Shown one piece after another: positions 10,501 through 23,056 of a stretch of DNA of 64,000 nucleotides. A model generated the notes under the pieces. That model made no database searches and had not been told where the DNA came from. It was given only the letters and a program-made list of their open reading frames with translations. The translations under genes and the position numbers were made by a program. The stretch lies in the NCBI GenBank assembly GCA_001662655.1, contig KV460242.1; one strand, written 5' to 3'. The number at the start of each line of letters is the position of its first letter. Position 1 is the stretch's first letter. This stretch comes from Pseudogymnoascus verrucosus (Eukaryota).

Positions 10501-13500
10501 CTACTGTGCCGCCTGCGCTCCCTTCGCAAGCTCCTCCAGCTTCGCCTTCTCCTCATCCGTCAACTGCGCGTAGAGCTCGTTGAACCCGGCAATATTCTCT
10601 GTCGACGCACGCACAAAGAAGTCTGTAAGGTAGGCCTGCGTCTCGTCGTCGCGCTGGCGCATGAAGCTTCCACCCAGTCCCTCAGCGTAGGCCATCAAAT
10701 CCGCCTTGGCGGCACCCGAGCCGAGATCCAGGATGGAAGGCAGATCCTCCCATCCATCGTCGTCCTCTTCGTCCGCGAAGTCTGCGGCGGCGAGGGCGGT
10801 AACGGCGTTCTGGACGCCAGAGGCTGAGAGGAGCTCTTCGATGAGAACCTTGACGATCTTCAGTGGGGCGGGTACTATGGTGTACTGGTCAGGATCTGAC
10901 CTTATTAGGAAACGTTCGTGTCGGGGTGGGGTGGGGACTTACTGTTCTTGGCGCGGGAGCGGGTCATGATCCTGTCGCTGGTTGGGACGATTAGGTCGCC
11001 CTTTACCATGGTCTGTGCGACGCGGGTGTCGTTCAGGCTGTAGAGCTTGGAGAGGGCGATGACACTGTTTTGTTAGCACTATCGTTTTTGGGAGGGGGTT
11101 CTACTTACTTTTGTCTGATCTCATCGTATCCGGCAAAGCTGATGGAGTGTTCCAACCACTTGCTCAGAACAACCTGCAGTCCGCTCTGTCCTCCAATCTC
11201 GATCTGGTTCAGGAACTCAACAACATCACCTGCACCAACAACGGACAAACGAGCAAAGACGAGAATGAGAGACTGGATAAAGGGCGCTGCCTCAGCAGTT
11301 GCCAGACGCGAGGCAACTGCTTGAAGGAGCTGAGGCAAGAACGGACCAAGACGCTCCTGTCCCGCCTTCTCAACAAGCTCCGCAGCAACTCCTCCAACCT
11401 CCGAGGCCGCGTTGTCCTCCATAGTAGGGCCAAGCAGGCGATCAATGATGATGAGGCAAACCTCCAATCCGGAGCGCCCAGCTTCATCATGCCACTCAAA
11501 TAGCTGCTGCGGATCATGCATTATAATGAACTTAAGAGCCTCGGAGCCAGGGCGGAGGATCTCTCCTTCGACGGTGCTCAACAAGAGGCGGCTAAGCTTT
11601 GGCATGACTGCGGCAACGAATCCGGGTGGTAGTGGCTCGGAGCCGTTCTCCGTCAAGACGGCGATCAACTCGCATGCAAGAGTCGTAAGAGGATTATCCT
11701 CTGTCACGCTTCCAACATCCAACGCTCCTGTTAAGGAAGGCATCACCTTCTCGCAAAGCGCGATATATCCCTCTGCGCCCTGTGAAGACAGCGACTGCAC
11801 GATGTCCTCAAAAGTTTCGTTAACCAACACAGTAAGTTGGAAGCTCGCCGCACCATGCTTCGCCATTAAGAACAGCAGGTCAATGACTCCACTTCCGGGA
11901 GCAATGGCGATGGAGTAGTCGAGCTGTGTTGCTGCACGAAGCGACTCAACAAGGGTGACCAATAAGTCATCCGAATCCTCCAATTCAGTCAAATCCTTCG
12001 CATTCAGGAACTCGGAAATGGCAACGGCAATTGGGATTTGACGGTCAGAGGGGATTCCTTCGGGAGCTTTGATAAAGCCCTGGATGGCCTTGATGCAAGC
12101 AACCTTTACAACTTCGGACTCATCCTCGTGTATAGCCTTGATGGTACGGTCAAGGAGCGCCACAGTTGGGAATGCATTGCCTGAAATGCTTTGAACGAGA
12201 ACCCCAGCAACGATGTACCCTCTTGCGCGAAGCAGGGGCTCGTCTTCGCGGTTGACGGCGTACTCGATAAATTCAAGGTATGACGCTGCTGTCTCCGCGT
12301 GAATGCGCTTATCAATATCAAGAAAGTCGTTCAGTAGTTGAGTGAGGAGGTACAGCGAAGCCTCTCTTGTCCTCCACGTAGCGTCAGGGCTTGCAAATAG
12401 AACTCTCGTGTAAGTCAATAGACCCTCGAAAGCACCCTGGTGCAGCCACTCGCCCAGCTTGATGAGCAAATCTCCACAGGCAGTGCGAGCTGTATAGTTA
12501 GCAGTAACTGATGTTTCTTCCGCAAGGAAGAGGTTGACATCGATGTCCCAAAGACCTTCTTCTTCTGAGGGAATCTGTGCATATGCAACGGCAAGTTTCA
12601 TCACATCCACAACCCATGGGGTATTTGAGATACCACCGCAATTTTGGAGTGCCGTCTCCAATTCTTCGCGGACAGGTGGAGCCCGCAAGCATGACTGTAA
12701 GAAGTCAAGCTCCTCCAAGACCAAAAAGTCCAAAGTATACGGGAGACCGTCCGCATCCTCCAACCGTCCCTGATCGTCGTGGTCGATGTACAAGTCTTTG
12801 AACGCATCCTGTAGCGAGGAAAGCTCTTCCCAAGTAGCCGTGAATAAAACTGGACTTTGCGGCAGTAGCAGCTGGGCAAATACTTGTCGAATCTTCATAA
12901 GCGTCTTGACAACCTGGAGCTTCAGGGCAACAACCCCACGCCAGCTCTCGGGTTCCCGGTCCAGACCTTCTTCGCCAGCCACTTGGCTTCGTGCTGGGAA
13001 TTGTAGCTTCATTACTTGCAGGAAGAATGGAGACCACGATTGTAAGACCTCATCCGCAAAAGCCTTGACCTCAGTTCCGTGCTCGTCCTTCACCATGTCC
13101 ATGATATCGAAGCATCCACGGAACACCCCCACGGCCAAAGCTCGCAGAGTCATCTTCCTGTTATCATCTATGGCAACGCTGTAGACTGTGCCCATAACAT
13201 CTCGTGCCACCGCGAAGAATTGGTCTTCGTTTAAGCTGTCGTCGACAAGGTCCGCGAGCACCTTCAAGGCGCCGTGGAGCTGTGCATCAGAAGCGGTGGG
13301 GATAATTTGTAGAAGCGTAGGTAACAAGGTCGGCCATTGATCTGGGAAGTCCACACTAGCAATTTTGCTCACGACGTAACTAGACCGCACGTTAGTATAG
13401 CTTTGTGCTAAAATAAACAAACCGCGACAGCACTACTCCCCGCACGCACTATCATCGGGGTCCAACATACCTTGCCGCACCTCTCACCCTCCTCTCATCG

Positions 13501-13817
13501 TCTCCACCTGTGGCAAGCTCTAACAGCCTCGACCTCAACACAGTCTTAACCTCATCCGAGATAACAACCGTAGGCCCCTCAGTCTCGTCATCTTCTCCGC
13601 TCCAATTCTTCTCCACGAACAATCTCAGCGTGGTCAGCGCCGCCTGCCGCGTGCTAATCGGCAAACTGGTATGCGCTGCAATGGCAGCCAAGCCGGTCGG
13701 GAACGCCTCGTTGCTATGCAGCGCCTGCAGGTGCGCCTCTGCCTGTTGGCGGGGTGCCAAGGCGGAGCTCTGCGCTTCCGCCAGGAGATGTAGGAGCTGC
13801 TCTTCGAGATTCGACAT
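10501..13817 (-). CDS. KAP114: Importin-beta family karyopherin, importin-9/Kap114-like
   Basis: IBN_N region (RQQAEAHLQ...RQAALTTLRLFVEKNWS), DFPDQWPTLL, WDIDVNLFLAEE, HEAT-like helical repeats and acidic C-terminal loop (DEEDDDGWEDLP); several GT-AG introns. Confidence 0.85.
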
Positions 13818-14255
13818 GGTAGGAGGTTGAAGTGCTGTGGTGGTGAATTCTACGGGCCCATGAATCGGGGATATCGTTCGTTTGTTGCGGGGGGGGGCGG
13901 TTGTGGGAGGAGGGGGAGTTTTATGGGCAGACGGTGAGGTGAGTTTGGGATACTCGAGACGGATTTGGCGGATTGGCGTGGGGTTGTTGTGGATGGGCAA
14001 TGGGCGGGGTGCACGTGCCTACGCGTGAGCACCGCGAATCAGCAACGATAAGATAAGAGCTCCATCCACCCACCACGTCACAAACGGCGACAGTTGAAAA
14101 ACGTCCGAAGAAAAGTTCAGAAACAAAGAAAGGGCGCAACTTCAAAGCCTCATATTCCAGCGCGGCACTTCAGAGGCTGTCTTGGGACTCCAAACTATAC
14201 GGGGGTCAGCCTCTCCGGCCATCAACACCACACCACACCGTCCATCTCGCCCACC

Positions 14256-15122
14256 ATGCCTGCCCCGCCCCCACCACCCATCCCCATCCTCAACACCTAC
14301 ACCTCCCTCCTCCGAACCCTCACCTCCTTCCTCACCGTGGCAATCCACACCCTCCTCTACGAACGCGCCCTCTACCCCCCAACCTCCTTTATCTCCGCAC
14401 GCGCCTACAACTACCCCGTCCGCCAGTCTCGGCACCCCAAGGTCTGCGAATGGGTCAGCGACGCCGTGGCAGCCGTGGAGAAGGAGATGGCGGAGGGGCG
14501 CGTGGATAAGATTTCCTTCGTCGTGTATGACGTCGCTGATAGGAGGCAGGCGGTGGTGCAGGAGCGGTGGGTGTTTGATGTTGGGGCGTGGCCGGTTGTG
14601 GCGAAGACGGATCGGTTTGTGGAGTTTGAGGAGCCGTTGGTGGGGAAGGGGAAGGGTGTTGAGATGCCTGTGGGGGAGGAGGATGGGGAGGAAAAGGAGA
14701 TGGGGGAGCAGGTTAAGATTCATATTGTGGATATAGAAGAGCAGCTTCGTGCCACGATACGGAGGCTCGCATATACCGCTGAGAAGATGGCCCCGCTGCC
14801 AGAAGGGTGCACGTACACCATCATCGTGGAGCTGCGTGACGATGTAACGCCGCCTATTGGGGTGAGTTCAAGCCCCTTTCTCTGTCTGACCACTGTACTA
14901 ACGTGTAACCACCAGCATCCCCAACCCTGGGTCCCCTCTCCTCCTGCGCTTCAAAAAACAGTAGACAAGGAAACAGATACCACCACCGAAGGCCCAGCAC
15001 TTCGAGGCCCACGCGCAACACCCATTCGTTCCGTCGACTCAGGGGCTTTCGTGCTCGAGACGTGGGTTGAGCAGGCCGCCCCACCGCCGGAAGATAAGAG
15101 GGATGGGAAGAAAGCAGCGTAA
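14256..15122 (+). CDS. REV7: HORMA-domain protein, DNA polymerase zeta subunit Rev7/MAD2L2
   Basis: FLTVAIHTLLYERALYPPTSFISARAYNYPVRQSRHPKVCEWV...QERWVFDV; 54-nt in-frame intron 14862-14915. Confidence 0.9.
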   Translation: MPAPPPPPIPILNTYTSLLRTLTSFLTVAIHTLLYERALYPPTSFISARAYNYPVRQSRHPKVCEWVSDAVAAVEKEMAEGRVDKISFVVYDVADRRQAVVQERWVFDVGAWPVVAKTDRFVEFEEPLVGKGKGVEMPVGEEDGEEKEMGEQVKIHIVDIEEQLRATIRRLAYTAEKMAPLPEGCTYTIIVELRDDVTPPIGVSSSPFLCLTTVLTCNHQHPQPWVPSPPALQKTVDKETDTTTEGPALRGPRATPIRSVDSGAFVLETWVEQAAPPPEDKRDGKKAA

Positions 15123-15655
15123 ATTCCCCCCGCTCATTTGTTAAATTTATGAATATATGGTTCATGGAGCTCAGACTCAGTAGGTCCGATTTACAACATC
15201 CGCGCGGCCCGGCTATGAGGATGTGATCGTTCTACTGGTTTTGAAGATATGCGGTTGTGCCGTTGCTGTGATGCTAGGACCGGGTACCAGTGCACGCACG
15301 CGCCAGAAATCCTGGGGCAGTGGAAGGAAAGACTGCCATGAACGCGCACACACCAAATAACCACAGACAAGACCTCCACCATCCACCGCATTACGCCCAA
15401 TCTCCACTCAGCGCCAAGCCTTCATTATTATATGCACCAGAGAGACCAAGCAGTGGCGATGTCTATATTTAGTGGGGGTGGCGTTAATAGAGGAGGAAAG
15501 TAAACAAGAAGACGGGTTTAGTTTACAGTTTCTGTATCTACAAGCTCTTGAGGACAAAGGGGGATCGAAGGAGAAAGTGGAGGTCGTGGTTGGTTTTGCG
15601 GTAATTGCGATTATAGAATATATCCCAATAAATCCAGATATGAAATTTCAAACAT

Positions 15656-18205
15656 CAGTGTTGCCCGAATACCGCTCCGAGTACTACTCGAGCATCCTCG
15701 AGTAGAGTACTCAAAATTGAAGCTCGAGTACTGGTATTCGAGTACCGGTACTCGAATACCCGAGTAGTACTCGCATATAAATAGAAATAGAGTAGAAATT
15801 AAAATATCACTATATATATACTATTCTAACTCTCATTATCTGCATCGTCGCCGCTGTCTTCGTCGTCGCCTTGTGATAGAACACCCCAATTCCGTAGGCA
15901 GAGTAGATATCTAAGTGTAGAAGGTAATAATCGGTTCCGTTTCTTTGTGATAATATCACCACTAACACTAAATACTCGTTCCGAGTCTGCTGAAGTAGCT
16001 AGAATAGCTAGGTAATCCTTCGCAATAGAAGCAATTAATGGATATTAGTATTGCTTACTCTACTAATACTTGAGAATATCCGTATCCCAACTAACTATTG
16101 GCTCCTTCATCCATTGCTTCCATTCTAGCTTAATATCATAGCGGCTTTATATTACGTATAACTCATCTTCTAAGTCAACATCAATATTTATAGCTTGCTC
16201 TATAGCTAGATCCTTAGCTTCGATACTGACTATAACGTCTGCTGCTTAAATATCAGACTCGCAGCCTAAATATTAATAGAAGCAGTCCTGCTACTACGCT
16301 TTTGCCTAATTCTTCTTAGTTAAGTGCGTGCTATCCTTCTATATAATATTAAAGACGTTAAAGTTATACTAAGGATCATAGATCGTAGCAATTATAGAGT
16401 AGCTCTAGTACTAATTTATAGCTAGAGTATAGTAATCATTAAGCTTCTTTAACGCAATTGAAGTAGTAGTAGCAATTAGGCTTCGTTCTAGTAGCTTACG
16501 TCTTATATCTTTAAGCTTCTTAATTATCCTCATATACTACAGAACAGCGTAGTTGAGAGTTAGATAAGAAGAGCCCTATAACTTCTTAGTTAGGCAGACG
16601 AAGATATAGAATAGCTTTAATAAGTTATGTAGCGTAGCCTAGTCTGTTGCTGTTAAAGTGATATCTCTTATGCTAATATTAAGTTGCTATAATGCGCATA
16701 AAGCTATAATCAGAATCTAAAGCTTTAAAGCTATATTAATCATATAATAAGTTGAGCTCTATTAGACTAGTATATTAAGCGTCAACTAACAGACTTTAAT
16801 ACCTATAGCTTTACACTAATTCTTTAAGGCGTCTTTCTACCCGCAGTAGTTCTAAAACACATATATATAACGCTAGAGCTTAGTAAGAACAGTAACGATA
16901 TTATTTTTAGAAGTAAGTAGTATCTATGCCTCTCTAATCTTAAGCTAATATGCCTCTAGGCCTTCATCTAGCGTTGCTTTTAAAGAGGCTAAAGTAGCTT
17001 AAATAGCAATATTAATAATATGCTTAATATAGCGTACGTCTCCTACTTTTGCTATAAAAGCTTATAGCTGTTTAAGGGTAACAGGTTGCGCTAAAGCTAG
17101 CTTCTTATATTTAAATAGCATCGTTGTATTTATAGAGGCGTTATCTCTTGTAATAGTAAAGATCGCAGGCGTAATACTATAATCGTCCGTTATATTTATC
17201 ATCTATTTAGCGAGGTATTTGCTAGAGTAGATTAGCTCTTATAGGTGTATAACGTTAAGTATAGTATTTCTCATTTGCTAATTATCATTAATCTAGTGTA
17301 CTATAACCGCTACATACTTAGAGTAGTTTCGAGTAGACTAAGTATCCGTCGTTATTGCTAGTCGTCTACCGCTTCTAACATGCTGCTGTAATTCTACTTG
17401 AAGCCGTGCTTTATGATAGCAGAATAGTCGATATAGATCCCGTCTAATCGTAGTTCTACTAACGGTTAAGACTATAGGATTTAAATGGTGAACTAATTGC
17501 TGAAAGGATTGGCTTTCGACAAGGTGTAATAGTAGGTTATTTGATACTATAAAAGAGAGAACAAGCTCTCTATATTTCGACGAACTTGGGGCGTTACTAG
17601 GTACTTAGCAAGGCTAGAAGAAAGCAGACATAGAGGGTGTTGATGAGCTTCGAATTGAAGATGATTTATCATATTCTACGTACACTAATAGGTGCTGATT
17701 CTTAAGATGCTTCCATAGATTGCTCGTCGTCTAGTTCTTTAGGGGCTGGCTCGGCGTATATCCGCAATTAATTTAAAGGCATTAGTATTAGATTCTAGTA
17801 GGCACTATATCTAATATAGTACGGTAGAATAGTCCTTTGGAAAAGAGAATTGAAGTAGAATCAGGTAATTGAAGCCGTAGAGGCATTTGCAGCACTGAAA
17901 TAAGGTGCATCGGAATAAGGGGCGGCAGCTCTAAAGTATCAGACTGATACTCAGCCGGCACCGGCGACAGCGAAGAGTCACTCATTACAGGAAGTAATAC
18001 AGAACGCTTAAGTGGAAGAAAGCTTCAATTATCTATTCTATTCTACGATCTATTTTACCCCTCTTTGCCAAGGGCTTGGCAGTACTCGAGTATTCGGAGT
18101 AGTACTCGGCGAATACTCGAGTACTCGAAAATATCACCCGAGTAGAGTAGTACTCGGGGTATTCGGCGAGTAGTATTCACAGCGAGTACTACTCGGGCAA
18201 CACTG
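15656..18205 (-). mobile_element. Full-length hAT-superfamily DNA transposon (2550 bp), inactivated by RIP
   Basis: 13-bp perfect TIR CAGTGTTGCCCGA at both ends; 8-bp TSD TCAAACAT at 15648-15655 and 18206-18213; subterminal GAGTA/TACTC repeats; AT/TpA-rich interior. Confidence 0.95.
15835..17985 (-). pseudogene. hAT transposase pseudogene (BED zinc finger, DDE core, dimerisation domain) with many stop codons
   Basis: Minus-strand translation: TTSNLWKHLKNQH (BED finger); AITTDT*S...AVIVH*IND; TITRDNAS; DILKY**...AKDYLAILATSADSERVFSVSGDIITKKRNRL; stops fall at expected W/Q codons (TGG->TAG, CAA->TAA). The 3' boundary is approximate. Confidence 0.92.
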
Positions 18206-18616
18206 TCAAACATTAATATCATCCAAACTTCGATAATGTGACATATTATCACAAATAATAAGAATAACAATAATGCGTATATACGCTCAGACATAAAAAA
18301 ACCTTCCAATAAACTAACTCAATTCTTCCTATCCCTCTCAGCCCCTATAACTCCCACCCCTATCTACATACACAACATCACAAACCCCATAGCAAAACCC
18401 CTGACAAACATACTCCAGCATCACCCATAAACCACTACCAATTCCAAAGCAACTCTCAATACCAGAAAAACACACCCAATAATAAAAAAACACCCTGCCA
18501 CAACATCTCCCCAGAACCGTACTCAGTCATGCAATGCAAGAACACTTTCCCCATTCATCTACCTGTTGTAGCAATTTCAAAAGCCATATCTCTCCTGTAG
18601 TAGTAGTAGCTCATAT

Positions 18617-18659
18617 CCCCAGTCCCAGTCCCAGTCCCAGTCCCAGTCCCAGTCCCAGT
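18617..18659 (+). repeat. (CCCAGT)n microsatellite, about 7 units
   Basis: ccccagtcccagtcccagtcccagtcccagtcccagtcccagt. Confidence 0.9.
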
Positions 18660-18748
18660 TCCAAACCCCAATCTCTCTCCCGCCGTATACCATCCCCCCC
18701 CCCAACAAATATCAAACAACCCCCCACCCCCTCCCACCCCCCCCGGCA

Positions 18749-21700
18749 TTACTTCTTCTCCCCACCCCCATCCTTCTTCTCTCCACCCTTCCCCTTCTCC
18801 CCACCCCTCGACCTCCCCCTCCTCAACCTCATCAAAAAGTCCAGCCCCCGCTCTCCCTCCCTCCTCCCCCCACCCCCACCACCACCCTCCAGCCTCTGCC
18901 CCCCCTGCTGCGCCCCACCACCATCCAGCCCCAAAACCCTCACGAACCTCCTCCCCGCCCCCTCCTCACCAGCAGCAGCCCTATTCACTTTACCCCTCCG
19001 ATGCGGTGCTTCAAAATCCATAACTGCGTGCGGATCCATCACCGCCTTCATCGGGAGCGGTACTAGTTTCTGCCCCTTCGGCTCCACGTAGCCATCCATC
19101 AGGGGTTGTTCCATCATGAATTCTTCGAAATCTGCTGGAGGCTGCTGTTGTGGTTGCGGTTGCGGCTGCCGTTCCGGACGAGGCGGGTGCTGTGGGAGCA
19201 TGAAGGGCTGCTGTCGGGGAAAGAGCTGGAAGTCATCTCTGTTGTAAACGGGTCGTGCCCTAGGCGCCCGGCCGATTGCAGCGTAGGCCTGGGCTAGAAG
19301 ATCATCTAACGGCATTTCACCATCATTACCTGCATTGCCAGCCTCCTCTCCACCAGCTGCAGGGACAGGTGGAGCTCCAAACGGCTCAAACACCCACTCC
19401 TGCACCCTCCGTCTTGCCACAACCCTATCACCAGGTCTATAAACCACCTCCGCATCCCCATCCTCTCCCCTCTTGGGCTCCTCTGCCGCAATCGCCGCAA
19501 TCGCCGCATCCGCCGCATTCGCTGCCGCATTCGCCGCCTCATTCACCGCCGCAATCCTCTCCCTCACCAACTCCCTCAGCCCCCTCCTCGCCTCCTTGCG
19601 CCCCGCAGCAAGCCGATCGCGGAGTTCTTTATTCCCACCCTCCGCAGCAGCAAGGGCTTCGTCCTGTGCTTGGCGGTTGGCGCGGACGCGGGCGCGGGCT
19701 GCTTCGTAGAGGGCCTGGTGGGCGGGGCTTCGGTGGCGCTGGTGGCGGGGGAAGCGGACGTGCTTGTATTTGTCTGGGACTCCGGCGGCGTCGGCGGGAG
19801 GGTTTGCGGGGACGGCAGCAGCGTCTAGGGGTTGTGTTAGCTTGTTTTTTTGGGATCTGTGAGGGTGGGTTTTGGGAAGAGGGAGGGCGGTGGGCGATGA
19901 GGGGGGGATAAATGAGCAATTTTGGTTACCGTCACATGGAGATGGGGGGGCCAGGAACCGAAGAATAGATATGTGTTGAAGTATATATCGAGCAAAGACC
20001 CCCCTCAAAAAAGAACCACTCAGAAAACGGGAACGAACCTAACTAACCTTGCAAATTTGGATGCTGCCGCTGACCCGGGTTCCGCGGCCGATTCCCCAGA
20101 GGTCCCAGATTCTCCACATTCGCATGATATTGTGCCATGTGCGCCTCATACGCCTCCCGATACGCCTGCCGCTCTTGATTACCAGCAAGTGCCTGAGGTA
20201 TTAGCGGCGGGCCTTGCGGCCTGCCAATCCCACCTTCCATGGCAAACCTAAACGGTTCATGCGGGTTCCAGCGTTTCTTCTTCCTCCTCTCCTCGTCCTC
20301 CTTCACTGCATCAGAGACCCTGATCTCCAGGTCCTCTGGATCGACTTCTGGGTGCTCCTTCTTGAGCTTCTCGACGATAATCGCTTCAGCTCGCTTTGTC
20401 TCATCTTCGTGGCGGACCTGGACATCGTCGAAAAGAGGGCAGTTCCCGGCTTTTCCACCCCTGCGCTCGTCATCGAAGTGATTGTAGTGACAGCTCTTGG
20501 AGCAGACGTAGCACTGAATATTGCCACAGGGGCAGTTCATCTTGTTACAGCCATCCTCCTTGATGAAAGGTCCCTTGCACTTGTTACACAAGCGCACAAG
20601 CGCTGCTGTCATGGCCTCCTCGACTTCACGGCGCACATCGAGACCAATATCCTTGGCGTTCTCCTGGCACGTCTTAGGGATATGTGATTCCTTCAGGCAC
20701 ATGCGACAGGAGATCTTTTTGCAAGAATCCAATACACAGTGGAAGAGTCGCTCTTCCTCGATGGGAGGGTATTCCGCAGCATAGGGGCAGAAGGGGCAGC
20801 TAGCCAGGTTTTCGATACCGGCGAGGCGCAGATTTGTTTCGGCTGCTATGCGGTCGAGAGCCGTGGTGAGGTTGGCATCGAGAAAAAGTTGGCGCTGGGC
20901 ATATGAGTAATCAGCCTGGCAGCCGTCAGTCGACATACACTGGAGCTCATATTTGCCGCTACCGATCTGGGTTTCGGCATGGAGGCGGGCACAGCGCTTG
21001 CAGAAGTAGTGCGATATGCTCTCGTTGTTGCAGTTGATCATGCGGTTGCGGGGAAAGTTATCAAAGCAGCATCCACACTCCTCCATGGTTCCTTCTTTTA
21101 TCGAAAGCTCCAAGTTGGCAGCTTCGTCGGCCTCATACTTCTCCTTAGCTGCGATAGCATCGGCTTCACGCTTCCTTCTGGCTGCTAATTTCCCCTCCCA
21201 CTTTGCACGTCCAGCTCTGACGTCCTTGAGCTCTGCATAAGCGCGTTTCTGATCTGGTGGGGTTTCGGGATTGGTGAGCTTCTCCTCGACGGTACTTGGA
21301 TGAAAGCTTTTGACCTTACGGGCCTGCTTTAATTTGTGGTAGCTAGGGTTACTGGGGTCCCAGACACGCTCAGCGTCGGCGAGACTCTGGTAGGCAGTGT
21401 AAATCACCATACCCGAGTCATAGAAGTGCCTCATGATAAAGCTCATTGGGATGCTTGGAAAGTCCTCTGAGAGCATTCCACGCCTACACGGAAATTAGCA
21501 AGATGAAATACGAGAGCAGAGTTGATCGATATTGCTGGGGTATCTTACGCCATGGTCAAATACTTATCCGAGTTATGCTGTCGATCTGCAGCATACTTCT
21601 GGATGATCTCTTCGTCGTCGTCGCTTTCGACTGGACGCTTCCTCTTCGGCTGGTTGATTTTGGGATACGGCTGTCCATTTTCTTCTCCTTCTAAGACAAG

Positions 21701-22426
21701 CTCGACGATAGCAAGGGATGACTTCCTGCCTTGAAGTGCAACATATAGTTGCTCGACATATTCGAGACAGATATCTGGAAATATGTCGGCGACACCTTGG
21801 ATGCAGCGGGCTTTGTTGGCCATCTCTTCAGTTGGTGGTGGATCAAGATCGATGATATTGTCCGCGTTATGAAGGTCACGGTTCACTTGCTCCCAAACAA
21901 AGTTGTCGTCGTCTTCCATTCGCGCATTAGGGAACTGCCTGTTCAGATCAGATAGAATGAGATCAATTTCATTGTCTGGCCGTTCGTTGTTCAGTTGGTT
22001 GTTAACTTGTCCTTGGATGAGATCGTTGTCATTGTGGAACTGATCATTGTCCTGCTGTTCGTTTAGTAGATTCACTGGAAGATGGTTCAGGTGGAGTCTG
22101 TCAGCCTGTCGAAGCATCTGGGGCAAGCTAGGTGCAACACCACCGGGAAGATTAATGGTCTCGGGGACTGGCTCGGGGGCTTCATTTTGCCAGTCGCCGA
22201 GGATGGGAACCTGAAAGCCTTGAGCCTCAAATGCAGCTGCATCCCAAGCGGCCTGGTTCTCCCGCACCAGATTTCCGAGGATGAGGTCGTTGAAGTCGTT
22301 AAACTCGGGGAAGTGGCCTGGGTCTAGCTCCGGCAGTTCCTGGACAGAATCTTCCTCTTCTTCATCATCGGAGCTGAGATCGATGAACTCTCTAGGCCTC
22401 GAGGGCAGATGCGTAGGCGTCTCCAT
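18749..22426 (-). CDS. RBR (RING-IBR-RING) E3 ubiquitin ligase, RNF216/TRIAD3-like
   Basis: RING1 ECGCCFD...HYFCKRC...CMSTDGC; IBR CPFC...CRMCLKESHIPKTC; RING2 CNKC...DGCNKMNCPCGNIQCYVC; CUE-like IFPDICLEYV upstream. The start codon and the low-complexity last exon (acceptor near 19826) are uncertain. Confidence 0.82.
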
Positions 22427-22773
22427 TACACGGGGATGATGGGCGTGCAGTGCACCTCTGCGGCTCGGGGATGTCTCATTTCTCACTGGCACGGAAAGAT
22501 CACAAAGAAGGTCAGGAGGACGGTGAAACTACTCTCAGTAAGGGGTTTGGATGATGTTGGATAAAGTAAGGTGATGTCTCGGGTAGTGGAATGTTCAAAG
22601 GTCAAAGGTGGTACGTTGGAATTTGGGCTTATATAGTGATTTAGACTTGTAATTGCCAAGTTGGGTGTTTATGGTCGATGTCGTTGGCTGTTCGCTCTTG
22701 GTGAGTTGACTTGTCACTTGAGAGTCGCGGGAGCTAAGGCTTAATTGGGTTTGGGGTGGTCCCTTGAGAGGCC

Positions 22774-23056
22774 GCCTTACTTGATGAGGAAACACTGGCC
22801 AATGTCACATGTTGAGCCTTACTTGATGGGGAAGCACTGGCCAATATCACGTGATAATAAGCCTTACTTGATGGGGAAGCACTGGCCTCACGTGATACAA
22901 AGCCTTACTTGATGAGGAAACACTGGCCAATCACGTGATGACTCCTTACTTGATGAGGAAACACTGCCCTCACGTGATAAGAAGCCTTACTTGATGAGGA
23001 AACACTGGCCTGACGCCTTACTTAATGAGGAAGCTTTGGCCATTTTAACGCACGTG
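22774..23056. repeat. Array of seven 27-bp repeats (GCCTTACTTGATGRGGAARCACTGGCC) separated by 4-18-nt variable spacers, most containing TCACGTGAT
   Basis: Copies start at 22774, 22816, 22861, 22902, 22943, 22984 and 23015; spacers aatgtcacatgttga, aatatcacgtgataataa, tcacgtgatacaaa, aatcacgtgatgac, tcacgtgataagaa, tgac. Confidence 0.95.

Noticed and set aside
22780..22806. Hammerhead ribozyme-like core in the repeat (TTGATGAG-GAAAC...GTC with palindromic TGGCCA)
   Set aside because: C3 is replaced, there is no stem II between GA and GAAA, stem I does not pair, and the GUC occurs in only one copy. An Infernal/RNAmotif search or a cleavage assay would be needed to revive the idea.
22774..23056. 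CRISPR array
   Set aside because: The repeat-spacer look is superficial: spacers are only 4-18 nt and related to one another, the context is a eukaryotic promoter, and there are no cas genes in the window.
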